NCBI GenBank assembly: GCA_003507395.1
Contig: DNVW01000013.1
Coordinates: 47,696-111,695, forward strand
Source: Clostridiales bacterium
Lineage (GTDB): Bacteria; Bacillota; Clostridia; TANB77; CAG-508
Direction of reading: 5' to 3'
Length of the DNA stretch: 64,000 bases
The position numbers were made by a program, and so were the translations under genes. Positions 41,714 through 52,086 of the stretch are shown here, piece by piece (the first letter of the stretch is position 1; each line of letters starts with the position of its first letter). The notes below the pieces were generated by a model that worked only from the letters and a program-made list of their open reading frames with translations, searched no databases and had not been told where the DNA came from.

Positions 41714-44700
41714 ATGTATTTAAAAAGATTAGAACTACAAGGATTTAAATCATTCGCAGATAAAACAATATTAGAATTTAAGCCAGGAATTACATCAGTA
41801 ATAGGACCAAATGGTTCAGGAAAAAGTAACATTTCTGATGCTATTAGATGGGTTCTTGGAGAGCAAAGTATGAAATCTTTAAGAGGAGCAAAATCTGAAG
41901 ATATTATATTTGCAGGAACACAGTCTAGAAAATCCTTAGGGTTTGCAGAAGTTTCTATAGTTATAGATAATTCAGATGCAAAATTACCTATAGAATATTC
42001 AGAGGTTACTGTAACAAGAAAATTATATAGAAATGGAGAAACTGGTTATTTTATAAATAAAACTCCATGTAGACTAAAAGATATTTTAGAGCTATTTATG
42101 GACACAGGTATCGGAAAAGATGGATATAGCATAATAGGGCAAGGAAAAATAGATGAAATATTATCAAATAAATCAGAAGACAGGAGACACATATTTGAAG
42201 AAGCAGCAGGTATTGTAAAATATAGGACAAGAAAACAAGAATCAGAGAAAAAAATGGAGCAAACAAAGCTTAACTTATTAAGAATAAATGACATTTTAAC
42301 AGAAATAGAAGGAAACATAGAACCTCTAAAAGCTCAATCTGAGAAAGCAAAACAATACTTAAATTTAAGAGAAGAGCTTAAAAATATAGAGGTAGGACTA
42401 TTTGTTTACAATATAAATACATATAAAGAAAAATTAGAGCAAATTATAAAAGATGAAGAAATAATGACTTCACAAAGAAATACAGAAAATGAAAAATTAA
42501 CATCTATACAAAGCTTAAAAGATTCTTTGAAACAAGAATTAGATGAGATAACAACACAAATAGAACAAATGCAAAATATAGGTTTTGAAAGTACAAACAA
42601 AATAGAAAAAATAAACTCAGAAATAGGCATATCTAAAGAAAGAATACAAAACAACATCACTAATAAAGAAAGACTAGAAAGTGAAATAAAAGAATTAAGA
42701 ATAAGAATACAAGAATTACAAGAAGAAGAAAAACAAAGACAAGAAAAAAAGGCTAATTTATTCCAAAATAAAGAAAAATTTGAAGAAGAATTAAAACAAA
42801 AAGAAAAAGAACTGGCGAAACTAACAAAAACATTGTCTGATAAAGAATTAGAAATAGAAGCTAAAAAACAAAAAATAGAAACAAATACAGACAAGAAGTA
42901 TGAAGTTTTGGCAGATATAAATACACAAGAAGCTAATTATGAAAATTTAGAAAAAAGGAAAAAGACATTAAAAATAGAGTTGGAAAATGTAATATCTGAA
43001 TTAGATAGTACTAGAGACAATAAACAAGAGTTATCAAAAAAGTTTTACGAAATACAAAGCAAGCGAAACATAGTTAGTAATAATTTGCAACAAGAAACGA
43101 CTGAAAAAGAAAGCTGTATGAATAAAATTAAAGATTTCGAAGAAGAAATAAACAAACTAAACTATCAAATGAATATGAAAGATGCACGACATAAATTCTT
43201 ACTGGAAACAGAAAAAGAAAAAGAAGGGTATATAAAAAGTGTTAAAGAATTATTGTTAGATTGTGACAAAAATTCACAATTAAAAAAAGGCATGCATGGA
43301 GTTTTAGCCAATTTGATTTCTGTTAATAAAGAGTATGAATTAGCAATAGAAATGTGCTTAGGACAAGCTCTTCAAAATGTTGTTACAGAAACAGAGGAAG
43401 ATGCTAAAAAATTAGTTGAACATTTAAGAAATAATAATCTAGGAAGAGCGTCATTTTTACCAATATCTTCAATAAGAGGAAAGAGGATAGAAAACGTAAT
43501 AAGTAATGGCATGAAAGGAGTAATAGGGATTGCTTCCGATTTAGTTAAATGTGATAAAAAATATACTCAAATTGTTTTAAACTTATTAGGAAGAACAGTT
43601 GTAGTAGAAGATATGAATATAGGAATTTCACTTGCTAAAATGAATAATTATTCGTTTAGAATTGTTACACTAAAGGGGGATGTTATTAGTTCATCAGGAA
43701 GCATTACAGGTGGAAGTGTTGCAACTAAAACAGTAAATATTTTAGGAAGAAGTAGAGAAATAGAAGAATTAGAAAAGGAAATAAAAAAGCTTTCTAAAAA
43801 AATAGAAGAAATAACATTACAAAAACGAAAATATTTAGAGTCAATAACAGAAGTAATAGAAAAAGTAGCGGGATTAGAAAAAGAACTTCAAGATATAGAA
43901 ATAGTGTATGCTGCAGAAAATCAAAAAATGGTATCAATAGAAGAAAACATTTATAAATTAGAGCAAAGAAGGGATAAACTAAAAGAAGAAGAACTTTCTA
44001 TAAATAAGCAAAAAGAAGAAAGTATAAAACAAAAAGAGGAAAAAGAACAAGAAGTAGAAAAATTAAACAGTGAAATAAAAAGTTTATCAGAAGAAGTAGA
44101 ACAATTTGCAACAGTAAATAAAGACAATCAAAAATACATAGATGATTTGAACTTTGATATAACAAATTTAAAAATTTCAGTTTCATCATTTATAGAAAGT
44201 GAAGCATCTATAGAGGAATTTGTAGAAAGAATAAGGCAAGAAATTTTAAACAACAACAATAATATAGAAAATAAAAATAATACATTAAATCAGGCTATAA
44301 AAGAAAATACAGAATTACAAACAAAAATAGATAATTTAAATAGCGAAATAGAGCAGATTAAAGCAGAAGTTAATAATAGTTCAGAAAATATAGAAAAGCT
44401 AAAACAATTAAGAACAGAAAAAAATGAATTATTAGATAAAAAAGAAGAAGAAATAACAAACCAATTTAGTATATTAGAAGGATTAAAAGAACAAATTGTA
44501 AAAATGGACTTCAAAAAAACAAAGTTGGAGCAAGATATAGAACAATTGATAAACACTTTGTGGGACGAATATGAAATAACACCAAATAATGCTGGAGAAT
44601 ATAAAAAGCCAAATAATATAGCCCAAGCACAAAAAGAAGTTAGCTCAATAAGAGAAAAAATAAAAGACTTAGGCAGTATAAACATAGATTCAATAGAAGA

Positions 44701-45280
44701 ATACAAAAAAATAAGCGAAAGATATGACTTTATGTGTGAACAAAGATTAGATTTAGAAAATACGGTAGCAAAGTTAAGAAAAGTGATTTCAGAAATGACG
44801 CAAACAATGGAACAACAATTTAAAGAGAAATTTGAAATAATAAATAAAAACTTTAATGAAGTATTTATAGAATTATTTGGAGGAGGAAAAGCAGAATTAA
44901 TATTAACAGACGAAGATAATGTACTAGAATGTGGAATAGATATAAGAGTTCAGCCAACAGGAAAGAAATTACAAAATATGATGTTACTATCAGGAGGAGA
45001 AAAAGCATTTACAGCAATAGCACTTTTATTTGCAATACTAAAAATAAACCCAGCACCATTCTGTATACTAGACGAAATAGAAGCAGCACTAGATGATGTA
45101 AATGTCTACAGATTTGCAGAATATCTAAAAAAATTTAGTCAAGCATCACAATTCTTAGTAATAACACACAGAAAAGGAACAATGGAAGTAGCAGACACAG
45201 TATATGGAGTAACAATGGAGGAAAATGGCATAAGCAAGCTACTATCAATGAAACTCAGCTCAATTGGGGACAGTCCCTAA
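41714..45280 (+). CDS. smc: Chromosome partition protein SMC
   Basis: 1188 aa. N-terminal Walker A GPNGSGKSN, long coiled coils, hinge, and C-terminal LSGGEKA...ILDEIEAALD. The last 7 codons and the stop (SSIGDSP*) lie inside repeat copy B. Confidence 0.95.
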   Translation: MYLKRLELQGFKSFADKTILEFKPGITSVIGPNGSGKSNISDAIRWVLGEQSMKSLRGAKSEDIIFAGTQSRKSLGFAEVSIVIDNSDAKLPIEYSEVTVTRKLYRNGETGYFINKTPCRLKDILELFMDTGIGKDGYSIIGQGKIDEILSNKSEDRRHIFEEAAGIVKYRTRKQESEKKMEQTKLNLLRINDILTEIEGNIEPLKAQSEKAKQYLNLREELKNIEVGLFVYNINTYKEKLEQIIKDEEIMTSQRNTENEKLTSIQSLKDSLKQELDEITTQIEQMQNIGFESTNKIEKINSEIGISKERIQNNITNKERLESEIKELRIRIQELQEEEKQRQEKKANLFQNKEKFEEELKQKEKELAKLTKTLSDKELEIEAKKQKIETNTDKKYEVLADINTQEANYENLEKRKKTLKIELENVISELDSTRDNKQELSKKFYEIQSKRNIVSNNLQQETTEKESCMNKIKDFEEEINKLNYQMNMKDARHKFLLETEKEKEGYIKSVKELLLDCDKNSQLKKGMHGVLANLISVNKEYELAIEMCLGQALQNVVTETEEDAKKLVEHLRNNNLGRASFLPISSIRGKRIENVISNGMKGVIGIASDLVKCDKKYTQIVLNLLGRTVVVEDMNIGISLAKMNNYSFRIVTLKGDVISSSGSITGGSVATKTVNILGRSREIEELEKEIKKLSKKIEEITLQKRKYLESITEVIEKVAGLEKELQDIEIVYAAENQKMVSIEENIYKLEQRRDKLKEEELSINKQKEESIKQKEEKEQEVEKLNSEIKSLSEEVEQFATVNKDNQKYIDDLNFDITNLKISVSSFIESEASIEEFVERIRQEILNNNNNIENKNNTLNQAIKENTELQTKIDNLNSEIEQIKAEVNNSSENIEKLKQLRTEKNELLDKKEEEITNQFSILEGLKEQIVKMDFKKTKLEQDIEQLINTLWDEYEITPNNAGEYKKPNNIAQAQKEVSSIREKIKDLGSINIDSIEEYKKISERYDFMCEQRLDLENTVAKLRKVISEMTQTMEQQFKEKFEIINKNFNEVFIELFGGGKAELILTDEDNVLECGIDIRVQPTGKKLQNMMLLSGGEKAFTAIALLFAILKINPAPFCILDEIEAALDDVNVYRFAEYLKKFSQASQFLVITHRKGTMEVADTVYGVTMEENGISKLLSMKLSSIGDSP

Positions 45281-45392
45281 ATGTCCAAATGGGACAATTT
45301 GGGACAGCCCTTAACCTAAAAATAGAATTGATAAAAATATCAATTCTATTTTTTTACATTAATGCATATTATTATTAAGGGCTGTCCCTATT
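45255..45392. repeat. GC-rich palindromic element, copy B
   Basis: Contains CAATTGGGGACAGTCCC, TGGGACAATTTGGGACAGCCC and the inverted partner AAGGGCTGTCCC. The GGGACAGCCCTTA (45298-45310) / TAAGGGCTGTCCC (45376-45388) pair brackets an AT-rich hairpin (AATAGAATTGATA-aaaa-TATCAATTCTATT + T7). Confidence 0.7.
45316..45352 (+). terminator. Terminator-like hairpin nested inside repeat copy B (AATAGAATTGATA / TATCAATTCTATT + TTTTTTT)
   Basis: 13-bp perfect stem with a U-run, 36 nt after the smc stop. Confidence 0.55.
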
Positions 45393-45419
45393 AATTGAAA
45401 TACAAAGGAGTGTGTTGTT

Positions 45420-48095
45420 ATGTGGCATAATTTATCTACAAAAGATGTAGAAATTAAATTAGAAACTAACCTAAAAGATGGTTTAACAGATGAAGAAGTG
45501 GCAGAAAGATTAAAAAAATATGGAGAAAATAAACTCCAAGAACAAAAGAAGGAGAGCATTTTTATAAAATTTTTGAAACAATTTAATGATTTTATGATTA
45601 TTATTTTAATTATAGCTGCTGTTGTTTCAGCAATTGTTACAAAAATACAAGGAACAGGTGAGTATATAGATTCTATTATAATAATAGCAATAGTTGTTTT
45701 AAATGCTATTATGGGACTAGTTCAAGAAGCAAAAGCAGAAAAATCTTTAGAGGCACTTAAAAAAATGTCAGCGCCAGTAGCAAAGGTAAAGAGAAAAGGA
45801 GAAATTGTGACAGTAAAGGGAACAGAAATAGTACCTGGAGATATTATAGTTTTAGAAGCGGGTAATTATATACCAGCAGATTGTAGACTAGTTACTTCAT
45901 ATAATCTAAAAGTTGAGGAGTCAAGCTTAACAGGAGAAACTGTACCGGTACTAAAAGAAGCAAATGTAATTTTAAAAGATAATACATCTTTAGGAGATAC
46001 AATAAATATGGGATTTGCAACAACAATTGTAGTAAATGGCCATGCAGAAGCTATTGCAACAGAAACGGGAATGAATACAAAAGTTGGTAAAATAGCAAAA
46101 ATGATTATTACAGATGAGTCACCAGAAACACCAATACAGAAAAAACTAGCAGAGGTTGGAAAAAGTTTAGGAATAGGGTGTTTAATAATTTGTTTACTTA
46201 TATTTGTAATAGGGTTGGTTAAAAAGATAGAGCCAATAGAAATGTTTATGACTTCAGTTGGATTAGCAGTAGCAGCAATACCAGAAGGACTACCAGCAAT
46301 CGTAACAATAATGCTTTCGATAGGTGTAACAAGAATGGCAAAAAAGAATACAATAATAAGAAAATTACCAGCGGTAGAAACATTAGGGAGTAGTAGTGTA
46401 ATATGTTCTGACAAAACAGGTACATTAACTCAAAACAAAATGCAAGTAGTTGATATTCAAGATGTTAAAGGAAGTAATATAAATAAAGATTTTATATTAG
46501 AATTAGGTTGCATGTGCACAGATTCACAAATAATTGTAAAAGAAGGAAAAATGGAAGCAGAAGGAGAGGCTACGGAAAATGCAATAGTGAATGCAGGACT
46601 AAGTAATGGAAAGAACAAAGAAAACTTATATAAAATAATGCAGAGAATAAATGAAATTCCATTTGATTCTGAAAGAAAAATGATGACTACAATACATAAA
46701 ATAGGTAATAAATATAGAATAATTACAAAAGGAGCTCCAGATGTATTAATAAAAAGGTGTAATAAATATTATGAAAATGGAATAGGTAGAACAATAAGTA
46801 GTGAAGTAATAAGAAAAGTAGAAGAAAACAATAATAAAATGGCAAATAATGCACTAAGAGTTTTGGCAGTAGCATACAAAGACGTAGAAAGATTGCCAAA
46901 TAGAATAGATAGTGCAAGTGTAGAAATAGATTTAACCTTTGTGGGACTGATAGGAATGATAGATCCACCAAGAGAAGGCGTAAAAGAAGCTGTAGCTACT
47001 TGCAGAAAAGCAGGGATAAAAACTGTTATGATAACAGGGGACCATATTATTACAGCAAAAGCAATTGCAAGAGAAATTGGAATTTTGAAACCAAATGATT
47101 TAGCTATAACAGGGAATGAATTAGATAATATAAGTCAAAAGGAACTAGAAAAAAATATAATGCAATATAGTGTTTTTGCAAGAGTATCACCAGAACATAA
47201 GGTAAGAATTGTAAAGGCATTTAGAAGTACAGGTGCTGTAGTAGCAATGACGGGTGATGGAGTAAATGATGCACCAGCTTTAAAAAACGCAGATATAGGT
47301 ATTTCTATGGGATTGAATGGCACAGATGTAGCTAAAAATGCATCAGATATGATACTTACAGATGACAATTTTGTTACAATAGTAGAAGCAGTTAAACAAG
47401 GAAGAAATATTTTTGATAATATAAAAAAGGCGGTACATTTTTTAATTGCTACAAATATAGGAGAAATAGTAACAATATTTTTAGGATTAATATTAGGACT
47501 AGAATCGCCACTTTTAGCAATTCAATTGTTATGGGTAAATTTAGTAACAGATTCTTTCCCAGCAATAGCATTAGGATTAGAGCCACCAGAAAAAGATATA
47601 ATGGACAAAAAGCCAAGAAATCCAAGAAAAGGAATATTTGCAGACGGATTGTGGAATAAAATTGTTGTAGAAGGAATAATGATTGGAATGTTAACACTTT
47701 TAGCATTTAGTATAGGTAACAAATTTTATGGAATAGAAGTGGGAAGAACAATGGCATTTGTTTCTTTAGGTATATTAGAATTAGTACACAGTTTTAATAT
47801 AAGAAGTGAAGGATCTATATTTAATATGAACATATGTGAAAATAAATATTTAATAGGCGCGTTTCTATTAGGTACTTTATTACAAGTTTCAGTTGTAATA
47901 ATACCATCAGTCGCTAAAGTATTTGAATTAATTCCATTAACAACTACTCAATGGTTATATACAACGGTTATATCGCTATTGCCAATAATAATAATGGAAA
48001 TTCAGAAAAAAAGTATCAAAGAACAAACTGTAAAAGTAATTATGCCTAATTCAGGAAAAAATTTAAATAAAATAAAAATTGCACAGACAAAATGA
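45420..48095 (+). CDS. Calcium-type P-type ATPase (PMCA/SERCA-like, YloB family)
   Basis: 891 aa with DKTGTLT phosphorylation motif, TGDGVNDAPAL hinge and about 10 TM segments. SD AAAGGAGTG upstream. Confidence 0.88.
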   Translation: MWHNLSTKDVEIKLETNLKDGLTDEEVAERLKKYGENKLQEQKKESIFIKFLKQFNDFMIIILIIAAVVSAIVTKIQGTGEYIDSIIIIAIVVLNAIMGLVQEAKAEKSLEALKKMSAPVAKVKRKGEIVTVKGTEIVPGDIIVLEAGNYIPADCRLVTSYNLKVEESSLTGETVPVLKEANVILKDNTSLGDTINMGFATTIVVNGHAEAIATETGMNTKVGKIAKMIITDESPETPIQKKLAEVGKSLGIGCLIICLLIFVIGLVKKIEPIEMFMTSVGLAVAAIPEGLPAIVTIMLSIGVTRMAKKNTIIRKLPAVETLGSSSVICSDKTGTLTQNKMQVVDIQDVKGSNINKDFILELGCMCTDSQIIVKEGKMEAEGEATENAIVNAGLSNGKNKENLYKIMQRINEIPFDSERKMMTTIHKIGNKYRIITKGAPDVLIKRCNKYYENGIGRTISSEVIRKVEENNNKMANNALRVLAVAYKDVERLPNRIDSASVEIDLTFVGLIGMIDPPREGVKEAVATCRKAGIKTVMITGDHIITAKAIAREIGILKPNDLAITGNELDNISQKELEKNIMQYSVFARVSPEHKVRIVKAFRSTGAVVAMTGDGVNDAPALKNADIGISMGLNGTDVAKNASDMILTDDNFVTIVEAVKQGRNIFDNIKKAVHFLIATNIGEIVTIFLGLILGLESPLLAIQLLWVNLVTDSFPAIALGLEPPEKDIMDKKPRNPRKGIFADGLWNKIVVEGIMIGMLTLLAFSIGNKFYGIEVGRTMAFVSLGILELVHSFNIRSEGSIFNMNICENKYLIGAFLLGTLLQVSVVIIPSVAKVFELIPLTTTQWLYTTVISLLPIIIMEIQKKSIKEQTVKVIMPNSGKNLNKIKIAQTK

Positions 48096-48232
48096 TAAAT
48101 GTCAATGTTTGGAAAAACGAGAAAAAATGAGCATATGGGAGAAAATAAGAGGAAAATACACACTATTTTGATAAATGTTACCAACAGACTTGCTAAAAAA
48201 TGTTTATAATGGGCAAATAATGAATATCAAAT

Positions 48233-48262
48233 TTGAAATTGTTTAAAATATGTAGTATAATT
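48233..48262 (+). promoter_or_regulatory. sigma-A-like promoter (TTGAAA-17-TATAAT) for the M23 peptidase gene
   Basis: Seen directly, about 25 nt upstream of SD AAAGGAGAG. Confidence 0.45.
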
Positions 48263-48299
48263 AATTTTGTCGTGTAGACGAAAAGGAGAGTGAATATAT

Positions 48300-49247
48300 A
48301 TTTTAAGCAAGTATATAAAATATTATACTAAAAAGACATTTAAACTTATTAATATAATAGCAGTAGCAATTATAATAGTAGCCATAATAATATTATCTAA
48401 ATACAAATTAGTATGTGCAGTAACAATAGATGGAGAAAGAGTAGGCTATGTAGACAGTAAAGAAAAATTTGAACAAGAAATAGAAGAATATATAAATGAT
48501 CTAAAAGGAGTAAATGTTGCATTTGTTGATATAGATAATTTACCAGAATATGGATTAAGGCTGATAAGTAAAAGTGAGGAAACAAACGAAAATATAATTT
48601 TATCAAAAATGGAAGAGCAAATGAAATTTACGTACAAATTATATGCAATAACTTTAAATGGAGAAGAAAAGTCAAAAGTAAATACATTAGAAGAAGCTGA
48701 AACATTAGTAGCAGAATTAAAATCAGAATATAGTAGTATACAAGATTTAAATATAGGAATAAAAGAATTATATACAGAAGACATGAAAGAATGCGAAACA
48801 GTCACTATAAAAACAGCAAGAAATAGTATGATAGAGGAATTAGATGTAATAAAATGTAATTCTATCAATGGAGTATATCTTGCATGTGTGCCAGTTTCTG
48901 GTGTTATAACATCCAGATTTGGAGCTATAGAAGATATAAGAGACCATACACATATGGGAATAGATATAGGAGCTAGTTATGGTACACAAATTAAGGCAGT
49001 TGCAGATGGAACAATAAAACTTGCAGAATATTATGGTGGATATGGAAACTTAGTTATTATATCCCATGGTAATGGAGTAGAAACATATTACGGACATTGT
49101 AGTAGTCTATATGTAACAGAAGGACAAAAAGTAAAAGCAGGAGATGTAATTGCAGCAGTTGGCTCAACAGGTAACTCAACAGGAAACCACTTACACTTTG
49201 AAATAAGGCAAGATGGCTCACAAGTAAACCCAGAAAATTATATATAG
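48300..49247 (+). CDS. Membrane-anchored M23-family peptidoglycan endopeptidase; apparent non-canonical start (ATT 48300 or ATA 48294)
   Basis: M23 motifs HTHMGIDI and GNHLHFE. The frame is open from 48294 and encodes a signal-anchor (KLINIIAVAIIIVAIIILSKYKL). No ATG, GTG or TTG occurs in frame before 48609, yet a strong SD sits at 48283-48290. Confidence 0.6.
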   Translation: MLSKYIKYYTKKTFKLINIIAVAIIIVAIIILSKYKLVCAVTIDGERVGYVDSKEKFEQEIEEYINDLKGVNVAFVDIDNLPEYGLRLISKSEETNENIILSKMEEQMKFTYKLYAITLNGEEKSKVNTLEEAETLVAELKSEYSSIQDLNIGIKELYTEDMKECETVTIKTARNSMIEELDVIKCNSINGVYLACVPVSGVITSRFGAIEDIRDHTHMGIDIGASYGTQIKAVADGTIKLAEYYGGYGNLVIISHGNGVETYYGHCSSLYVTEGQKVKAGDVIAAVGSTGNSTGNHLHFEIRQDGSQVNPENYI

Positions 49248-49261
49248 AGAGGACAATAAAA

Positions 49262-49300
49262 AAAGGCACATATTATATTAATAATATGTGTCTTTAAAAA
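49262..49300. terminator. Bidirectional terminator (AGGCACATATTA...TAATATGTGTCT flanked by A/T runs)
   Basis: Hairpin between convergent M23 (+) and htrA-like (-) genes. A second hairpin GTGGAGGT...ACCTCCAC at 49418-49448 lies immediately after the minus-strand gene. Confidence 0.55.
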
Positions 49301-49461
49301 AACAAAAGGGGATGTTTTTATATATGTTGATAACGGAGTAATATTTATCAACTGAATATAATATACCAAAGATTTTTGAACATTGTGTGAACTAATTGTA
49401 ATTTATTAGTTTATAATTATAAATTGTGGAGGTATGTTTTAGCAACAAACCTCCACTAAAA

Positions 49462-50718
49462 TTATGGTTGTTCTTGTAATGTTACTGTTATATCTTTCTC
49501 TTTACCATCTCTATAAACCTTTAACTTTAAAGTATCTCCAATTTGTTTTTTATTTTTTATAGCATTTAATTCATCCATTTTAGTTACTTTGGTTCCTTCT
49601 ACTTCTATTATTACATCACCAATTCTCAATCCAGCCTTTTCAGCAGCAGAAAAATCATCTATAGTTTTAATATAAATACCAATAACTAAATTATTATATT
49701 CAGCAGTTTGTTCGTCTAGGTCATATCCACCAATACCAATATATGGTCTTTTTACTTTGTTATACTGAATTAGTTGTTCATAAATTTCTTTTGTAGAATT
49801 AATAGGAATTGCAAATCCAACTCCTTCAACACCATTGCCAGAAAGTTTTAGTGTATTAACCCCTATTACTTGCCCTTTACTATTTACTAATGCACCTCCA
49901 CTATTTCCAGAATTTATAGATGCATCTGTCTGAATTGCAACATAAGTATTACCATCCTGATCAGAAACTTCTCTATTGACAGCACTTATAATACCTGCTG
50001 TAACGCTATCTGTTAAACCTAAAGGATTTCCTATAGCCATAGCAAATTCTCCAACTTGTACAGCATCAGAATCTCCAAGTTCAGCAGCGGTTAGTCCACT
50101 TTTTTCTATTTTAATAACAGCTAAATCTGTTTGAGAATCTGTTCCTACAATAGTAGCATCATATTTTGTTTTGTCGTTATATAAAGTAACAGTAACTTTA
50201 TTGGCTTTTCCAAGTTCGTAATAATAAGATGAAGAAGAAGAATTAACTATATGGTTATTTGTTAAAATGTATCCATCTTCACTAATTATTATTCCAGAGC
50301 CAGCGGCTGTTGCAGTAGATGTATTCCTATAAAATATTGAATTTACAGAATATTCTACTTCTATTCCAACAATTGAAGGACGTACTTTTGCAGCCACGCC
50401 AACACCTGTTTCAGAATATCCTGCTAAAGAAACCATTTGTGTATTAATATTTTCATTATTTATACTTTCTCCATAAGCATTAGGTGTTTCTATAGTAACA
50501 AGTTTTTTTACTAAATTTTCCTTTATGCTAGGGACATTAAGAGAGACTGCTAGTACAGTGATGCTTCCAATAACTCCAAATAAAAATGGTGCTAATACAT
50601 TTCTTGTAAATCCAAAATTAAATTTTTTTTCGCTATTTTTAAATTCTCTATAAGAAGAATTAAAATTAGTGGAATCAATACTCTTAAAAGTGTTATTATT
50701 ATTATTATTTTCGTCCAT
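49462..50718 (-). CDS. HtrA/DegP-like serine protease (S1C) with PDZ domain, membrane anchored
   Basis: GNSGGALVN catalytic motif, N-terminal TM segment, and a Gln/Asn-rich N-terminus. Confidence 0.8.
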   Translation of the reverse strand: MDENNNNNNTFKSIDSTNFNSSYREFKNSEKKFNFGFTRNVLAPFLFGVIGSITVLAVSLNVPSIKENLVKKLVTIETPNAYGESINNENINTQMVSLAGYSETGVGVAAKVRPSIVGIEVEYSVNSIFYRNTSTATAAGSGIIISEDGYILTNNHIVNSSSSSYYYELGKANKVTVTLYNDKTKYDATIVGTDSQTDLAVIKIEKSGLTAAELGDSDAVQVGEFAMAIGNPLGLTDSVTAGIISAVNREVSDQDGNTYVAIQTDASINSGNSGGALVNSKGQVIGVNTLKLSGNGVEGVGFAIPINSTKEIYEQLIQYNKVKRPYIGIGGYDLDEQTAEYNNLVIGIYIKTIDDFSAAEKAGLRIGDVIIEVEGTKVTKMDELNAIKNKKQIGDTLKLKVYRDGKEKDITVTLQEQP

Positions 50719-50901
50719 TTTAATACCTCCTAAAATTAATTATTTGATTATATGATAACCTAAATTATTATTATAATACAAGAGAATTATGAAAAAAATG
50801 TGAAAAAAATATGAAAAATTTAGATATTGGAAGAAATAAAAAACTGCTCTTGTATTTAAAATAAATATTATATATAATAAAGCAATAGATGGAGGTAAAA
50901 T

Positions 50902-51402
50902 ATGAAAAAAGAAAATGGACTTACACATATGACAACAATATTTTTAGTAATAATAATACTGGTTTTAATATTGGTGGCAGTACGCTTTGTAGAATTGCAA
51001 TACAAAAATGAAGAAAGTGAAACAATAAAAACAAATATGTTGGCAATACAAGGAAAAGCAAAAATAATAGCAGAAGAAGAAAAGGCATTAAAAAAGGAAT
51101 TAGCAGGTATAAAAATTTCAGATAAAAAAGAAGAGGAAAATATAAAAAAATTATTAGAACAACAAAATATAACAATAGATGAAAATAGCAAATATTATGT
51201 ATTAGATAAAGAAAATTTAAAAGAAATTGGACTAGGTAATATAGAATTAGAATCAGATCAATATTATATTGTAAATTATGATAATTTAGAAATTTTATAC
51301 ACAAAAGGAGTTCAAATTGGGGATAACATATTATATAAATTATCAGATTTCAACAAATTAAACGAAGAAAAAGACTTTGTAGAAGAAAATATAAAAGAAT
51401 AA
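50902..51402 (+). CDS. Hypothetical N-terminally anchored 166-aa protein
   Basis: SD GATGGAGGT. One TM helix followed by a K/E-rich soluble domain. Confidence 0.45.
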   Translation: MKKENGLTHMTTIFLVIIILVLILVAVRFVELQYKNEESETIKTNMLAIQGKAKIIAEEEKALKKELAGIKISDKKEEENIKKLLEQQNITIDENSKYYVLDKENLKEIGLGNIELESDQYYIVNYDNLEILYTKGVQIGDNILYKLSDFNKLNEEKDFVEENIKE

Positions 51403-51422
51403 ACAGCAAACGAGGAAAAATA

Positions 51423-52073
51423 ATGAAGGAAAAAGAATTAGAGAGATTACTAAATTTAAAAAAAGAAGAAAAAGCATTATATGAAAAAGGAATAGTATCA
51501 ATATGTGGAATAGATGAAGCAGGGCGTGGACCTTTAGCAGGTCCAGTAGTTGTTGCATGTTCATTAATGCCAAAAGACTCTATGATAGAAGGGGTAAATG
51601 ATTCAAAAAAAATTGCAGAAAAAAAGAGAGAAAGAATATATGAAGAAATAATAAAAGAAGCTATAGCCTATGGAGTAGGAATAATAAACCAAGAGGAAAT
51701 TGACAGAATAAATATATTAAATGCTACTAAAAAAGGATTAACTATTGCAATAAAAGAACTTGAAGAAAAATTAGAAAAACAAAATTTGAAAAGACCAGAA
51801 GTTATTTTAGTAGATGCTTTAACAGGTATAGATACTTTAGGAATACCATATAAATCTATAATACATGGAGATGCAATAAGCTATTCAATTGCCTGTGCTT
51901 CAATAATTGCAAAAGTAACAAGAGATAGAATAATGAAACAAATGGATGAGATTTATCCACAATATGGTTTTGCTAAACATAAAGGATATGGTACAGCTGC
52001 ACATATGCAAGCAATAAGAGAAAACGGACTATGTCCAATACATAGAAGGAGTTTTGTAAAAAATATTATCTAA
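51423..52073 (+). CDS. rnhB: Ribonuclease HII
   Basis: GIDEAGRGPLAGPVVVA, 216 aa. Confidence 0.92.
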   Translation: MKEKELERLLNLKKEEKALYEKGIVSICGIDEAGRGPLAGPVVVACSLMPKDSMIEGVNDSKKIAEKKRERIYEEIIKEAIAYGVGIINQEEIDRINILNATKKGLTIAIKELEEKLEKQNLKRPEVILVDALTGIDTLGIPYKSIIHGDAISYSIACASIIAKVTRDRIMKQMDEIYPQYGFAKHKGYGTAAHMQAIRENGLCPIHRRSFVKNII

Positions 52074-52086
52074 AGGAGAAATAATC

